Source: Zootoca vivipara (lineage: Eukaryota). Taken from it: a stretch of 64,000 bases of DNA. The translations under genes were made by a program, and so were the position numbers. The notes below the pieces were generated by a model. That model was not told the origin of the DNA. It made no database searches and saw only the letters and a list, made by a program, of their open reading frames with translations. Below are positions 50,291-63,255 of this stretch, piece after piece (the first letter of the stretch is position 1; every line of letters begins with the position of its first letter). The stretch lies in contig NC_083279.1 of the NCBI RefSeq assembly GCF_963506605.1, forward strand, positions 50,530,001-50,594,000. The letters run 5' to 3'.

Positions 50291-50504
50291 TGTTGTTGTT
50301 GTTTAGTCGTTTAGTCGTGTCCGACTCTTCGTGACCCCATGGACCATAGCACGCCAGGCACTCCTGTCTTCCACTGCCTCCCGTAGTTTGGTCAAACTCA
50401 TGTTCGTAGCTTCGAGAACACTGTCCAACCATCTTGTCCTCTGTCGTCCCCTTCTCCTAGTGCCCTCAATCTTTCCTAACATCAGGGTCTTTTCCAAGGA
50501 TTCT
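50291..50504 (-). mobile_element. BovB 3' fragment
   Basis: EESLEKTLMLGKIEGTRRRGRQRTRW...RTRLND; 12-bp TSD TCAGGACATGGT at 50279-50290 and 50505-50516. Confidence 0.96.
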
Positions 50505-50691
50505 TCAGGACATGGTAGGCTCCAATTAATTTTCAACTGTTTTTGTAGTGGTAATGGGCAGTATGTCAACAATGATGTTAGCAACATAATTTGTGAGAGG
50601 TTAAGGGTAAAATCCATTGCAGGAGCAAGGTTGCTGGCAGGGTATATGCAGCAACCAGCTGGGGTGAGGGATCATGAATGGGACATATGAG

Positions 50692-50939
50692 CAGTGCTTT
50701 TTTCCTGAAAATAATGTTTAGGGGTACTCTCATTCTGTCTGAGACTCAGAAAACACCGTGACAAGAAATGAAGCTGCCATTGGACATAACAATGGAACTG
50801 ACAATTCACTATTCAATGGAACTGATTATTCATCGTGCTAGAGAACAAACTAATTTTTTTAAATAGTTTCTTCTCCTGTTAGATTCACAAAATGTTTAGG
50901 GGTATGTGTACCCCTGCGTACCCCCAGAAAAAAGCACTG
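50692..50939. mobile_element. hAT-type MITE
   Basis: TIRs CAGTGCTTTTTT/AAAAAAGCACTG; perfect 8-bp TSD CATATGAG; subterminal direct repeat AATGTTTAGGGGTA. Confidence 0.92.
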
Positions 50940-52100
50940 CATATGAGTGGGACAAATTGCACCTAGGCCTGTTGGGAGTCTGGGTTAGCAAAAATAGAGG
51001 AGATTGATTGGTCACATTCGTTGCCAATGTGGGATGAGGTGGGTCAAAAGAGCTGGTTGGCCCATGCAGAAGCCAGACTCTTGGTCAATGAAATGTTCCT
51101 CTAGACTGGCTCAGGAATGTCTGGGTCTCTCCCTCTCCCTCTCTGTATTCTCATCTTTCTTTATACAGTATGTTGTTATTCTCTGGATTCATACCTAGGA
51201 CCACATGCATGAAAAATGTGAGTTGTTCAACCCGACCAGGGTTCCTCCTTCACTCCTTGTATTCCTGGCATATAAAACTGAGTTTTGAAGATACAGCAAG
51301 TGGAAGATAAAAAGTCCCACAATCGGTATAATTCCTGCCTGCTGCTGTGGCTAAGTGGCTAGGGAACTGCCCTGTGGTGTTTGTGATATGGGTTCAACTC
51401 CCAAGAACTCCCTCTCTTTTGGTCTCTTGACGTGACATTTTTGGCTAGCCGTGCAAAAGCTGAGGGGCACATTTCCTGTCTCCTCCTTTCAAGACACAAC
51501 TGCAATTCACAGTGTGACTGGGAGGATGATTCCCCTCTCTTGTCTTGGCAAGGCACTTGCCAAGAGAGAGAGGAGAGATTACTCTGTGCATCACGCTTCC
51601 TTTAAAGTGGCAGTTGGGACAGAAAAGTAATGTATGACAGGTCCAGGCTGTTTTGTAAGTTTAACAGACAGGGGAAACGGTGGAGTGATTCCAGACTGTA
51701 AACAAGCCATCCCACTGAAGCAATGACTAGGATGAAAGGCATTCTTTTGGAGTTCAGTCTTGAGTGGCTCTCTGGGATCATGTTTCTGACATCTCACACA
51801 GTTGATGATGCAGGAAAGCCAAGTTTAGAAACTGCATGCATATTCTGAATCAAGGCTGGCATGCCACTCTGAGCAGCTTCTCGTAGAGGATGTCACAGGA
51901 CAAAGCCAAATGCTTCTTTTGCCCTGCCCAACTCTATGCTGGGAAAAAGATGGCGACAACAGGTTTCATCCAGCACTTCTGTTGTACTTGCACAGCCAAT
52001 TTCCGCATGTGCTAGTGGTACTTTCTTCTCTTCTCTTTTGTGGTCCTCTACACAGCCTCATAACCTGCTGGAGCAGAATTTGGGGATCTCATGGGGAGAG

Positions 52101-52510
52101 CAGGGGCGGAGGAAGGGGGTGCGATGGGGGCAGTTTGCCCTGGGTGTCACCACTGAGGGGGGGTGACAAAATGCCGGGCAGCACTCACCGTGGGGCCTGT
52201 AACGTGCCCAAGCCAAGCATCTCTCCTGGGAGTGACGCAGTGGCTTGAGTGCCCGCAGGCTTGCGCTGCCCCAAAAGGTCCGCCCGCCGCCACCCCCTCA
52301 GCTGAAGGGTGGCTGGTGGCTGAGTGGGAGGAGGCAGGCAAGCTCCTCTGAGGCCCCGCGGAGCGTCCTGCCCCAGCAGGTCCTGCCCCTGGGCGCAGGG
52401 CATGTGCATTGTCCTAGGGACCCGATTGGCTTGCTCCGCCACTGGAGAGGAGAGGAGAGGAAGGGGAAGTCTTCCTGTGGGATTGCAACCCTAGGTGTCT
52501 GACACAACTT
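52101..52510. mobile_element. GC/CpG-rich non-autonomous DNA transposon (hAT-like), right end not resolved
   Basis: Abrupt GC-rich block starting 'caggggcggaggaagggg', with a 'gtgtcaccactgaggggggtgaca' hairpin; no TSD found. Confidence 0.5.
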
Positions 52511-52703
52511 GTAAAAAACTTTTCTGCTTACACAAGACTAACCATTCATGGAATTTAATTATGTATATTGTTTTTTAAGCTGTCAATTTTCTGTATATTT
52601 TGATAATTTTATTATGCCTACCTGGTTGTTTTTTTAGTCTGTTGATTGTATTGGTCTTTTCTTATCAATATTTTATATTATTTTATGTACACCATTTACA
52701 CAA

Positions 52704-52892
52704 TGGTGTGGTATAGTGGTTAGAGTGTTGGTCTGTGCCCTGGCAGACCAGGGTCCAAGTCCTCACTCAGCCATGAAGTTCACTGGGTTTGTGAGGATAA
52801 AATGGAGGGGAGGACTCTGCAGTGTATACCACCTTGAGCTCCTCGGAGGAAAGGTGGGATATAAATGAATTAATAAATAATAATAATAATTA
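52704..52892 (+). mobile_element. MIR-derived SINE (Squam3-like) with an internal deletion
   Basis: A box 'tggtatagtggttagag', B-box-like 'ggtccaagtcc', 3' part 'gtgaggataaaatgg...ccttgagctcctcggaggaaaggtgggatataaat', and (AAT)n tail. Confidence 0.8.
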
Positions 52893-52903
52893 ACAGAATT
52901 TTC

Positions 52904-52904
<1 letters not shown>

Positions 52905-52943
<39 letters not shown>
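52905..52943. repeat. (GTT)n microsatellite
   Basis: Direct reading. Confidence 0.97.
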
Positions 52944-54797
52944 AAGCAGTAGATACAACTAAATGAAAATAAACTAAATGAAAATAAAATGGTCCAAAGG
53001 TGAAGTAAACACTAATCCTGATATTGTTTAATTTTGGTCACTCAAGATGCCTGTCAGGAAGTGTTGGGCAGATTTGATTAATGCCTGAAACTGAAACACT
53101 ACAGCACAAGCTTGAGTTCTCCTTTTCAAACATTGCTATTGAGAAACAACAGGCTTTGGGAAGTGTGGTATAACTTGGCCAGTCCTTGAAGGATCTCTGT
53201 CTGCCAATTCACATCTGTTTCCCAATGAGCAGACATGATGTGAGATCAGCTGTTCTGTGCTCAGGGAGCATCTTGAGCCAGTCAGAAACCTTTGTCTCCC
53301 TTTTGGTCTCCTTGTTGATTTTATAGAACCCACAAGAGCTCTGGCCTAACTTGAGCTCCTTGCAGCTGTGACACCAGCAGGCACCTCTGCTCCAGAAGTG
53401 GAGAGAGAGTAGCTGGGTGCCAAACCTCAAATGCTAGACATTGTGCTGGCTGAGCAGATGCCGTTTAAAGTATTTAAACAGCACGGGCTAGATTTTCAGA
53501 AACTGGCAGTCAAACGATCAGAACTAGGCAAGGCATGTAATACAAGAACCTCCGTGAACGGCTCCGAACCCACTGCCTTATTTTGGAAGGCTTTCACAAA
53601 TGGAAAATGACTATCTGGTCATGCGATATGGGCAAAATTATGCATGACTAATGCAATACATGCATAGCTGTGATTTTCTACTTAGCGTGGCGCAATCCAA
53701 GAGGCACTCCTATTATGAAGACCACTTTTGTTTCTTGTTGAGTTTTGCTGTTCTGTCTTCCATGCATATAATGGTTTAGGACCAGGCTATCAGTTGCTTA
53801 AATGGATATGTGTCAGACAAGGACTGGATCAAAAGAAGCTGCCCTGTCCTGTGCCAGGTGGATAACAGAATATTAGGGGACCAAGGATCAAAACAGGTAT
53901 AACTAAAGATGGAGGAAATTGGAGATAATGCGTAGTGCGAAGCGGTTGATGTCCACTTAGAAACAAGCCAAACTAAATTCAATGGGAATTGCTTCCAGCT
54001 CACTGCGGCCTTAGAAGGGTGTTCCAACATTGCTAAGCCGACTCTTAAAAATGACTTCATTTTTATGCTATATATCTGTTTAAAATATGCAGCATTCAAA
54101 GCCTCAACCTTGGCTTGCCATTGGAGTCAACACAAGCTGCAAAAATCCTGGTGAAAATGTGGCCATGTACTAACCCTAGTAATCTGTGATTCCTTCTTCT
54201 AAAAAGGGAAGCCTCTTTTTTAGTGTCTAACGTGTGTCTCATTTCCTCTCACGCTGCATTTGCATAGGCCCAGAAAATATAAGTTATGCAGAAAAAGCTG
54301 ATGTGCGTGAATATACAACTCTGTTACTCATTGTCGCTCTAGTCCTATGCTAATATTGCTTTCATGCTTCTCTATTGCTTCAGAAGAAAGCAGAACAAGC
54401 TGCTTCAGGGCCCATTGCTGATGCATTCCCTGGATCCCCTTAAGGTTTTTTTTTATGGCCTGCACTCTGAGCAGCTTCAGATATCTAGCCATCCTTTTAA
54501 TTTCTGGTTTACTGTGGTTCTAGTGCATGGTGGGAAACGAAAAGGGTGCCTAGAAACCATTACCCAGCATTACTTAGATTCTTAGAGCGCTGCCAGTTAC
54601 TGAAGCTCAATCAGCCTGTCAGGGTCTACCGACGGGGTGGGGTGGGGTGGGGTGGGGAGTGGGCAGCTAGAGGCTTGTTCACACAAACACTTGAGTGTAC
54701 ACTTGTCAATTTGTACAGCTCTCCAACTGTGTACACAGATGGTACATTCATTGAATGTTACATGTGAGAAACTATATGAGTGTACAGCTCAACTATA

Positions 54798-55162
54798 GGA
54801 CCTGTGTGGTGCTCAACTATAGGATGTGTTAAACCAGAGCCTAGGGCTTGCTGATCAGAAGGTTGGTGGTTCGAATCCCCACAGTGGGGTGAGCTCCCGT
54901 TGCTCGGTCCCTGCTCCTGCCAACCTAGAAGTTCGAAAGCACATCAAAGTGCAAGTAGATAAATAGGTACTGCTCCGGCAGGAAGGTTAAATGGCATTTC
55001 CGTGTGCTGCTCTGGTTCGCCAGAAGCCGCTTAGTCATGCTGGCCACATGACCCGGAAGCTGTACGCAGACTCCCTTGGCCAATAAAGCGAGATGAGCGC
55101 TGCAACCCCAGAGTCGTCCGCGACTGAACCTAATGGTCAGGGGTCCCTTTACCTTTACCTTT
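54798..55162 (+). mobile_element. Sauria SINE
   Basis: B box 'ggttcgaatccc', shared core, (ACCTTT)n tail; head interrupted by a duplication of the flank. Confidence 0.94.
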
Positions 55163-55370
55163 ATAAGACTCAGAAAAAGGGAAGGTAGGTTCTTACTATA
55201 AGAAAATAAATATTACATCTAACTAACTTATGGGAGACTGTAATCCATTAATCACACTGGGAGCATTAAGTGAAGCAGCAGCACATAGCATTTCTCAATG
55301 GTTGCAGGTGTAAGGGACAAAGGAATGAAGGCAACACATTCTATATTTATGGTCTTTTGCATTGATTATA

Positions 55371-55371
<1 letters not shown>

Positions 55372-55405
<34 letters not shown>
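55372..55405. repeat. (CA)n microsatellite
   Basis: Direct reading. Confidence 0.97.
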
Positions 55406-55409
<4 letters not shown>

Positions 55410-56723
55410 GTACTGTAACCCAAAACAACTTGCAACATTCAGGTTGTTGCAGTAACAGTTTCCCTGGAACAGCCAATATGTCAGTTTGCACATATACAGG
55501 AAAGCACTCTTAATATGTTCAGGGAAGTTGGGAGTTCAGTGTGTAAAATCACAGAAACTATACACCTTACTGCTAGGCAACATCTCACAGTATTTCAGCT
55601 TGTGGATTCAAAAGTGTCAGGGAAGATGGCTTCCCTGCCTAGAAGGAATGAGAGGCTAGAACAGTGATGCAGTGTGGATCTGCGTCATAGAAAGGGTACA
55701 AAAACAAACATGTTGGTGCTCATTTTGCCCTGCTTATTATCATATGCCTTAACCCACAAATGTAAGCAAAGGGTGATAAATGTGCTTCATTAAGATGTGT
55801 GACTTTTAACCAGTAGGTAGCTAAAGTTTCAGCTGGGAAACCACAAACCAATGGAGTATAATAACATTGGTGGTGACGGAGAGAGAATCTGACACACTGT
55901 AATTATAGTCCAAGAGGCCATCGCTGACAGATAAAAAGCCACAGTTTGTGGTGTCAGTGGGAAGCTGCACAACAAAATGAAAGCATGCTGTGAGCATGTC
56001 CTTTGCAAAGGGGAGGGTGGAATTTGTATATCTTCTGAAACCATTGGAGCAGGGGAACCTTGCTTGCATCATGGGCTGTGCATTTTACTAATCTGCTTTG
56101 TTTTGTTTTGTAGGCAGAGGGTCCCAGAGCATCTGGAATACTGGAGTAACCCCATCTTCCTTCAAACATCCATAATCTTAGAAGCATTGGATACAAAACT
56201 GACAGGGCAGTTGGCAAAGCCCTGACTAAGGTGAGGGGGAAAGCCCTGAAGTACTGTACAAATAACTGTTATGCTAAGAGAATACAACAGTCATTGCAAA
56301 ATTGGGACATTCCGAAGGTACGCACTACATCTCAGAAGAAATGAGCATTGTATGAGATTGCCCATGAGCATAAAATAAATCTCCTATATAAATCTGGTTT
56401 TGGGGATGGATACAGATGTGGCCTTCTCACAGGATAAGGGCCTAATCCACCCAGAATTTCACCTCTGCAAACACCACTGAAATGAGCAGTCTGGCACAGT
56501 TGCTGTTCATCCATCACAGGTGATTATATACTGAAAAGTTCCTGTTGAATTAGTGAATCGTTTCTGTATTCTGCCAAGGTTTATTCCTGCAGGTCTGGCA
56601 GATACTCAAATTACATGGGGGCACAAATTATGAGGGAGAAGGTCCACATGCTCTAGCATTTCCCTACCCCAACCAACCCCACCTGCAACTTTCCTGCATC
56701 AAGTAGAATCCAACTCAATAGAA

Positions 56724-57077
56724 GGTAAAGGTAAAGGGACCCCTGACTGTTAGGTCCAGTCGCAGATGACTCTGGGGTTGCGGCGCTCATCTCCCTTTAC
56801 TGGCCGAGGGAGCCGGCGTACAGTTTCTGGGTCATGTGGCCAGCATGACTAAGCCGCTTCTGGCAAACCAGAGCAGCGCACGGAAACGGCGTTTACCTTC
56901 CCAACGGAGTGGTACCTATTTATCTACTTGCACTTTGACGTTCTTTCGAACTGCTAGGTTGGCAGGAGCTGGGACCGAGCAATGGGAGCTCACCCCATCG
57001 TGGGGATTCGAACCGCCAACCTTCTGATCGGCAAGCCCTAGGCTCAGTGGTTTAGACCACACCGCCCCCCGTGTCCC
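56724..57077 (-). mobile_element. Sauria SINE, full length
   Basis: Antisense head, B box and tail; TSD TCAATAGAA at 56715-56723 and 57078-57086. Confidence 0.96.
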
Positions 57078-58239
57078 TCAATAGAATGTAGCTTGGTAGA
57101 AACTTTTTTTAAAAAAAAAAACAAACCCTGAGTACCTGTATGGAAGGTTTTCTTCAACTGAAAACTGTAGGACTGAGTCAAAAGAGGGACATTTTCTTTT
57201 TTTGCCAGATGAACACACTTAGAAGCCTCCCTAGCCTGCATTATTACACTTCCCAGTCCCAAGAATGCTTCTAAGTGTGCTCAGCCAAATGTTGCTGGAA
57301 GTTCCGTTCAGACCATCTTTCCAAATGCAGGAAGGTTGCCCAGTAGAGTGGACATGTTTTGCTTTAAATAATTACAATATTCAGTGACCAGGGGAAATAG
57401 GGTGGGACCTACATACAGCAACAAAAGCCCTCCCCTCCAAATCATAGTACTGTCTTCAGGTAATGTTGGCTTTGCTCTCCCCCACTTTGAAGCCTTGCTT
57501 CATGAGACGGGCATATTGTAAATGCAAGATACAATGCCACAGTATACAATGTGACATGTAAACTGATGTTGCTAGGGAAGTTCAAACTTCCAGAATTCTC
57601 TGGTTTTGTAGAAATGGGCCTTTCAAAGCTTAAAAGCGGCATTCATGCTACTTTCTTATTTTAATATTTAAACAAGTCACCCTTTGTGCGTTGCTGATTC
57701 TGCACTCTCGTGCTTCATCCTGCAGAAGTTTTCCAGTATTTTTTAAAAAGAAAGGCCCATGAAAGGTCAAATGTACAAAATTGTCCTCCCCTCTTTGAAG
57801 CTGAAAAAGCTCAACCACAAAATAAACCACTGTAAAAAAATGAATTATGGTGAATGAATAACTTTGCATACATGGTTATCTAGATGGCACTGTCTTGTCA
57901 CACAACAGCCAATTGATTTCAGCCACAATATTTAAATAGTTGCCTAAAGAGAAGTATTGCTATTCTTCAGAAGTTAAAATGTATTTTTAAGAATTCAAGA
58001 AAACTTCCCCACCCAAACACACAGGGTGTTGGGGGTGGGGACATGAGCTAATTGTTGCTGATTGTATCTTATGATTCACACAAATGAATTGTCATGTACT
58101 AATCAATGTTACCACTGGATTCCTACTCATATAGTATACCTTGCACTGCTAAAGGCCACATACATTCCTTTTGAATTTAAAATCAGAGATCATCAACTAA
58201 CTTTGAAAGAAATATGTTTTCCTAATTGCCTACATAAAC

Positions 58240-58489
58240 CTTTGGGCAGTTATATCTAGTACACTTATTTTTGTACATTATTTTCACTAATATAGGCATT
58301 TATATGCAGACTTCACCCTCGCACACGCTGTTTGTACACATTACTTGGCTGAAGAAGTGAATTGCAAAATTCAGGGGAGTGTGAATTTAGAAGGATGGCT
58401 GAGTTTTTGGTTCATGTGTTGTTTCAGAAATGCAAATTAGGTAAGTCTTCCTTTAAATGTGAACTGAATCAAATTTCTCCCACATCCCT
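58240..58489. mobile_element. Old DNA-transposon relic (family of 3887-4613)
   Basis: Ends 'aaatttctcccacatcccta'; internal similarity to 4390-4613. Confidence 0.55.
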
Positions 58490-58567
58490 ACTTACAACTA
58501 TGCAATATATTCCAGTCTGCTGGAATGAGATTTAGGATTTGCAAAGGCACATGCCTATATTCTACAG

Positions 58568-58752
58568 CAGAGGTTCCCAACTGGTGGTCCACAGACCCCA
58601 GGAGGTCCACGTCACCCACTCAGGGGGTCCACGACACCATTCACATAACAAAAACTGCCATAGAGGTATTACAATTTTCAAAAGTAGGGGGTTCATGGCT
58701 TGGCTTTTGAAAAATACAGAGTCCACAGTACTTAGCTAATTGGGAACCACTG
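58568..58752. mobile_element. hAT (Charlie-like) MITE
   Basis: TIRs CAGAGGTTCCCAA and TTGGGAACCACTG; flanks TTCTACAG/CTCTACTG (6/8 match); repeated GTCCAC. Confidence 0.82.
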
Positions 58753-60246
58753 CTCTACTGAACGTCAACAGACATTGCGTGCTTGTTGTGGAGAAGGAAA
58801 CCAGAAGAGAAAAGGAGAAATGAAAGTAAGAAGAGGCAAATAACACATGAAAATATGAAGACTGTTTAGTGAAATCTTCAACAACAGTTGAAGACCTTAA
58901 GCCCTGAACAGGATGTAACTTTATAGCCCTGTGGAACCTCCTTATAGATGTTGAGGGAGGCAAGAGAACCTTCTTTGCAACTGAGAAAGAAAAGTTGTCA
59001 ATGTGTGGTTTTCTGGTTATTATGAAAAGAAATGCAGAGAGCCATTTTCTGCATGTTTCAAAACAACAAAGCAGGAATGTTTATAATGAATAAACTTGGC
59101 TTCATTAATCAGGGGTGGGATATTCACATTCACCTGAGTGGAGACAGCCCCAGATCACTGCAGGCCAGGTCACTCAGAGCACTCCAGGGCTGTCATTGCA
59201 AGAAGGAGAGGCAAAGCATCTGGTGGGAAGCAGGGGAGGTGGGACAGGAAGAAAAAGAAACTGCAAAAAGGCCTAGGTAGGTAGGTACTAGAAGGGACCT
59301 ACCGGGCTGGTTGCATCCTCCTGAGAGAAGGTGGTGATGAAGGATGGCTTTAGGCATGGCATGTTCTTTCATAAGTGGCTTTCCTGCTTGACCTCTTCTT
59401 TCTACGCAGTGCCTGCCTTTCCTTCTGTGTGTGAAGCAGCACAGAACAGGATCAAATCCTACATTCAGTAACTATTGACCTGAAAGTGCGGCATAACCTG
59501 TTTTTCCTCTGTTGAATTTTCTCTTGTCTTTAATCCCAATATGTGTTTTAAAGTATATGGTTCATTGTATGCAGGATTTTATTTTTTCCCCTTTTTTATA
59601 AAAAAAAACCAAACAAGAAACATAACCCTGCAGTATTTCTGCCTAGATGAGAAAAATAAATATCAAGGGAGCTTTTGCACATGTCAACAGAACTGAGTGA
59701 AGCAATCCATGTAGGCAGCACTGGAAACAGTGACAAAGAGAGTATCTCTACATAACTTGGTAATAATATCATCACTGTCTAGACAACTAAACAATTAGTA
59801 TCCAGACATACCAAAGCCTTCTTTAAGTCTCCAATGAGTTTTCTTTTTTCTTAAAAAAAAATTCCATGGGGAACAAAGCCACAATTCACCTTTCACAAGC
59901 ATTTCTAAGATTAATTTTGCTTCAAATTTACTTTCCTATAAATGGCTGTAGGGAGCTGCTGCTACGTGCATGGTTGAAAAATGGCAAATTGATGGAGGAC
60001 TTCCTGTTCAAGCATCTGTTTCCTTGCCTCTGTGTACAGAGGTTGCTAGGCAAAAGTGTACGAGATGGCAGCCCTCTTGCACTTCCCTGCCTTCATTTAG
60101 TTTTGAAAAAGCGGAATGATGAAATCCCACTGAAAATTAAGGAACACACGCTTTAGGTGGCTTTAGGTGAAGAGTCTTGGGCTATGTTCTCCTTCCACCA
60201 CCTTGCCTCTCCTCTCATACTAGGTCCAGACAATAATCCCCTAAAC

Positions 60247-61378
60247 CAACAACAACAACAACAACAACAACAAAAATATCCCAACTTTCTTCCAAAACTG
60301 GGACAGAAGGTGGCTCACAAAAACTGAAACAAGCACAAATAATTAAACTGTAATAAAATTTAGATGATAGAAAAAACAAATTTATGAATATACATATTAT
60401 TATTAACAACAGTACAGCACTATAAAAAGCCATTTCCTAAGAAGCTATCAGTTCCTGAAAGCCTTCAGCTAAAGGAATTAAATAGTCTTCACCTGCCAGC
60501 AGAAGGGTAACAATGAGGGAGCCAGTCTACCCTTTCTGGCAGATGTGTCAGCTGAGGGTTCTTAAGGAGGGGACCAGGGCCCCTTAATACTGACCAGCGA
60601 TTTGGAGTGCCACATCAGCATATTGTGCAATGTTGCACGATGTTGTATGCCAAGTCAGCGCACTGCATGACATGGCATGCGCTACACCAGCGTGTTGCTT
60701 GACTTGGTGCCTGACATCAGACATCAGCCTCCTCAACAGCAGGAGCAAGCCAGCGCTCCTCCTCTCCAGGAAGGGAGTACTGGGAGGAGGACCCGAGAAG
60801 GCTCTCCCACATGTCTCCAGCAAGCATGCCTGCGAGGGTGGACAGGTTCATATGGGAGAATACGGTCCTTCGGATAGCCTGGGCTTAAGTCATATAGAGC
60901 TTTATAGGTCATAACCAGAACTTTGAATTTTTCCTGGAAATAGACTGGTACAAAGAAGTTGTATGCTCCCTATAACCAGTGTTGCTCAGCAGTCTGGCTG
61001 CAGCTCTTTTGAGCAGTCAATGGCAATGGGTATAGGGACGGGTGGGCGGTTTTCAGGTCCCCAATATTTTTGGGCAGGGGGCTGCCACCACCCCTGCCAC
61101 CAGAAGCCCTCCACAGGCCCAAGTCCCAGCCTCCACCTGGGAGCCCAGGAGCCAGGCGGCATCTGGGACAACTGCAGGCGATCATTGCTTCACTCATCCC
61201 AGCTGCAGTCTGGCAGCCCGGCAGCCCAGGAGCTGGGCGGGGCCTGGGATAAACAAGCACAGAGATCGCCCTCTACGCTTCCTGCCCATCATGTCATGTG
61301 ACACGTCACATAACCGTGCCCCCTCAATGTGGTGCCTCTAGGAGCAGTTGACGTTTCTGAGCACTTTTCAAAGGCAGT
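60247..61378 (-). mobile_element. Fragmented L2-clade LINE with an (AAC)n tail and nested DNA elements
   Basis: Tail at 60247-60272; 'agagctttataggtcataaccagaactttgaatt' (antisense FKVLVMTYKAL); resumes at 61342. Confidence 0.6.
61018..61340. mobile_element. GC-rich hAT-like insertion inside L2
   Basis: Flanked by (T/G)GAGCAGT at 61010-61017 and 61341-61348; the L2 sequence continues across it. Confidence 0.6.
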
Positions 61379-61620
61379 ACTGCCGATGCACAAGAATCTG
61401 GGCTTTCAACTATCTCACGCCCACACAATTGTCCCTTATCCATGCCTTAGCTCTTGCTGTTGCTGTTTCAGGGTTCTGTAATGGTCATAAAGGGTGGGGA
61501 ACCCCCAGCTGCCCCCAACTGTTGTTTAACTATTGTTTCTACCCTGACTATTTTGCTGGAAGCCTTTGGCAATTGCAGGGTTTGTAGTCCCTCCTCCTTA
61601 ATTTGTTTTTAGACAACAGG

Positions 61621-62050
61621 TAGGGATGGGGGAGAAATTCAATTCAAGTCTCATCTGAAGCTGAATCTATCAAATCCTCATTTTCCAAAGCAATGTGTGA
61701 ACCAAGACACAGCTCTTCTTCAAAATTTGCACTTTTCTGAATCTTGCTGTGTGTTTTACCAACCACAAATGTTTACAAAAATGTATATATTAATGGAAAG
61801 TCTTTATAAAAATAAATATGTTAGTGAAAACAATGCAATACATTAAATTGCTTGTGAAAATTTGTACCTTAGTCAAACTGCATATACTGTAAAAATGTGC
61901 TAATGTGCTGATTAGGACAAATTTGCACTAAAACACTGATTAATTTTCTGAAGATTAAAAACAATAAATGCACAAATTGCTGCAAAATGTGAAGAAATGA
62001 ATTTAAGTTTGGAAAAATAACTGAAGCTGACAGTTCTCTCAGAACTGGTT
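61621..62050. mobile_element. Old DNA-transposon relic (family of 3887-4613, opposite orientation)
   Basis: Starts 'tagggatgggggagaaatt', similar to the reverse complement of the 58489 end. Confidence 0.55.
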
Positions 62051-63255
62051 TTATTTTCAAATTCAAGGGGATTTATTTCAGCCTAATGAGTGCACCACAT
62101 ATTTATACCAGAGCAGAATCAGACTTTTATTTTTTCCATAAGCTTCTACTTGAATAAGATCTGTGCAAGACATCTCCTTCTGACTGTAAAGCTGGGTTGG
62201 TTGGCAATGGGGAAGGTACTTGGGTCACAAGTCATTTAGGACTTTATATGCCAATAATCAGAACTTGTATAGACCCAGTTCACAGAAAGTATGGGGGGAA
62301 ACATGAATAAGTGTCCCCAGATAATCATATTCTTCACTAATGGAAACTGAAGTAAGGAACAGAATAATAAACATTGCATTCTGGCACTGGGTTGCTATCA
62401 AGCCATTTTGTCCATGTGTGGCAATTGTAGGCTGCTGAGCTGCTTCATGCACAAGTCACCATCATCTGAGATGAAAATTACATCCTTTTCAAACGAAATG
62501 ACAGTGGTGAAAGACAGCATTTGTAATGACAACAGATTATGTGCCTGAGATCTTTATTTCAAGGAGTGACAGAACTGAAATTTAAAAGGTGTTTTCACTG
62601 CCTACATGTGGGAAAGCAATAAATCAATAAATTTAATATAGATGTATCACCTGTGGGCTCAACTATACTGAACAGATAGAAATGTTTTAACCTATGGCTG
62701 CAGATCCAGAATGGCAGGCTTTCTTACTGACATTTGTTGTTGTTCAGTGAATTAAGCCAGAGGCGATCTCAAATCAGGACCTGTCTTTTAAAATATTGGG
62801 TCACTTTCGTTCAAGACCTGGGTATGTTTCAGTGTCATGGTTGCAGTGTGTCATGGGTTTTAATGGGACAGAAACAATCATTCTTGCATATGTGTTTTGC
62901 ATACAGAAATCAAGATAGTTCGGAAGGGGTAGGGAATCTTCTTTAAAGTGGTAAAACTTCTGTTCAGTTGGCTCTCATACATCAGCATTTCATTTGCATG
63001 GAATGTATACAGTTTGGCCAAAGGGTTGCAGATGATTTGGCATTGAAAAGTTGCCCTACCATGAAAATGCAAATATTGTGAGGATACATTAGGCATGTTT
63101 CTGTGCAATCATAAGCAGATTTGGAGACTTAGTGAATCAAGGTTTAGAAGGGGCAAACCACATTTTCCAGTATGTTTGTTTTCTGATTTTGAATAATGAA
63201 TTTCAAGTTTCTTTCTGCCCCATCAGTGCTGGTACTGATGTTTATGGCTCTATAC

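Noticed and set aside
52101-52510. CpG-island promoter or overlapping ORFs
   Set aside because: Sharp boundaries and a CAGGGGCG start indicate a DNA-transposon relic; the ORFs reflect stop-poor GC-rich sequence
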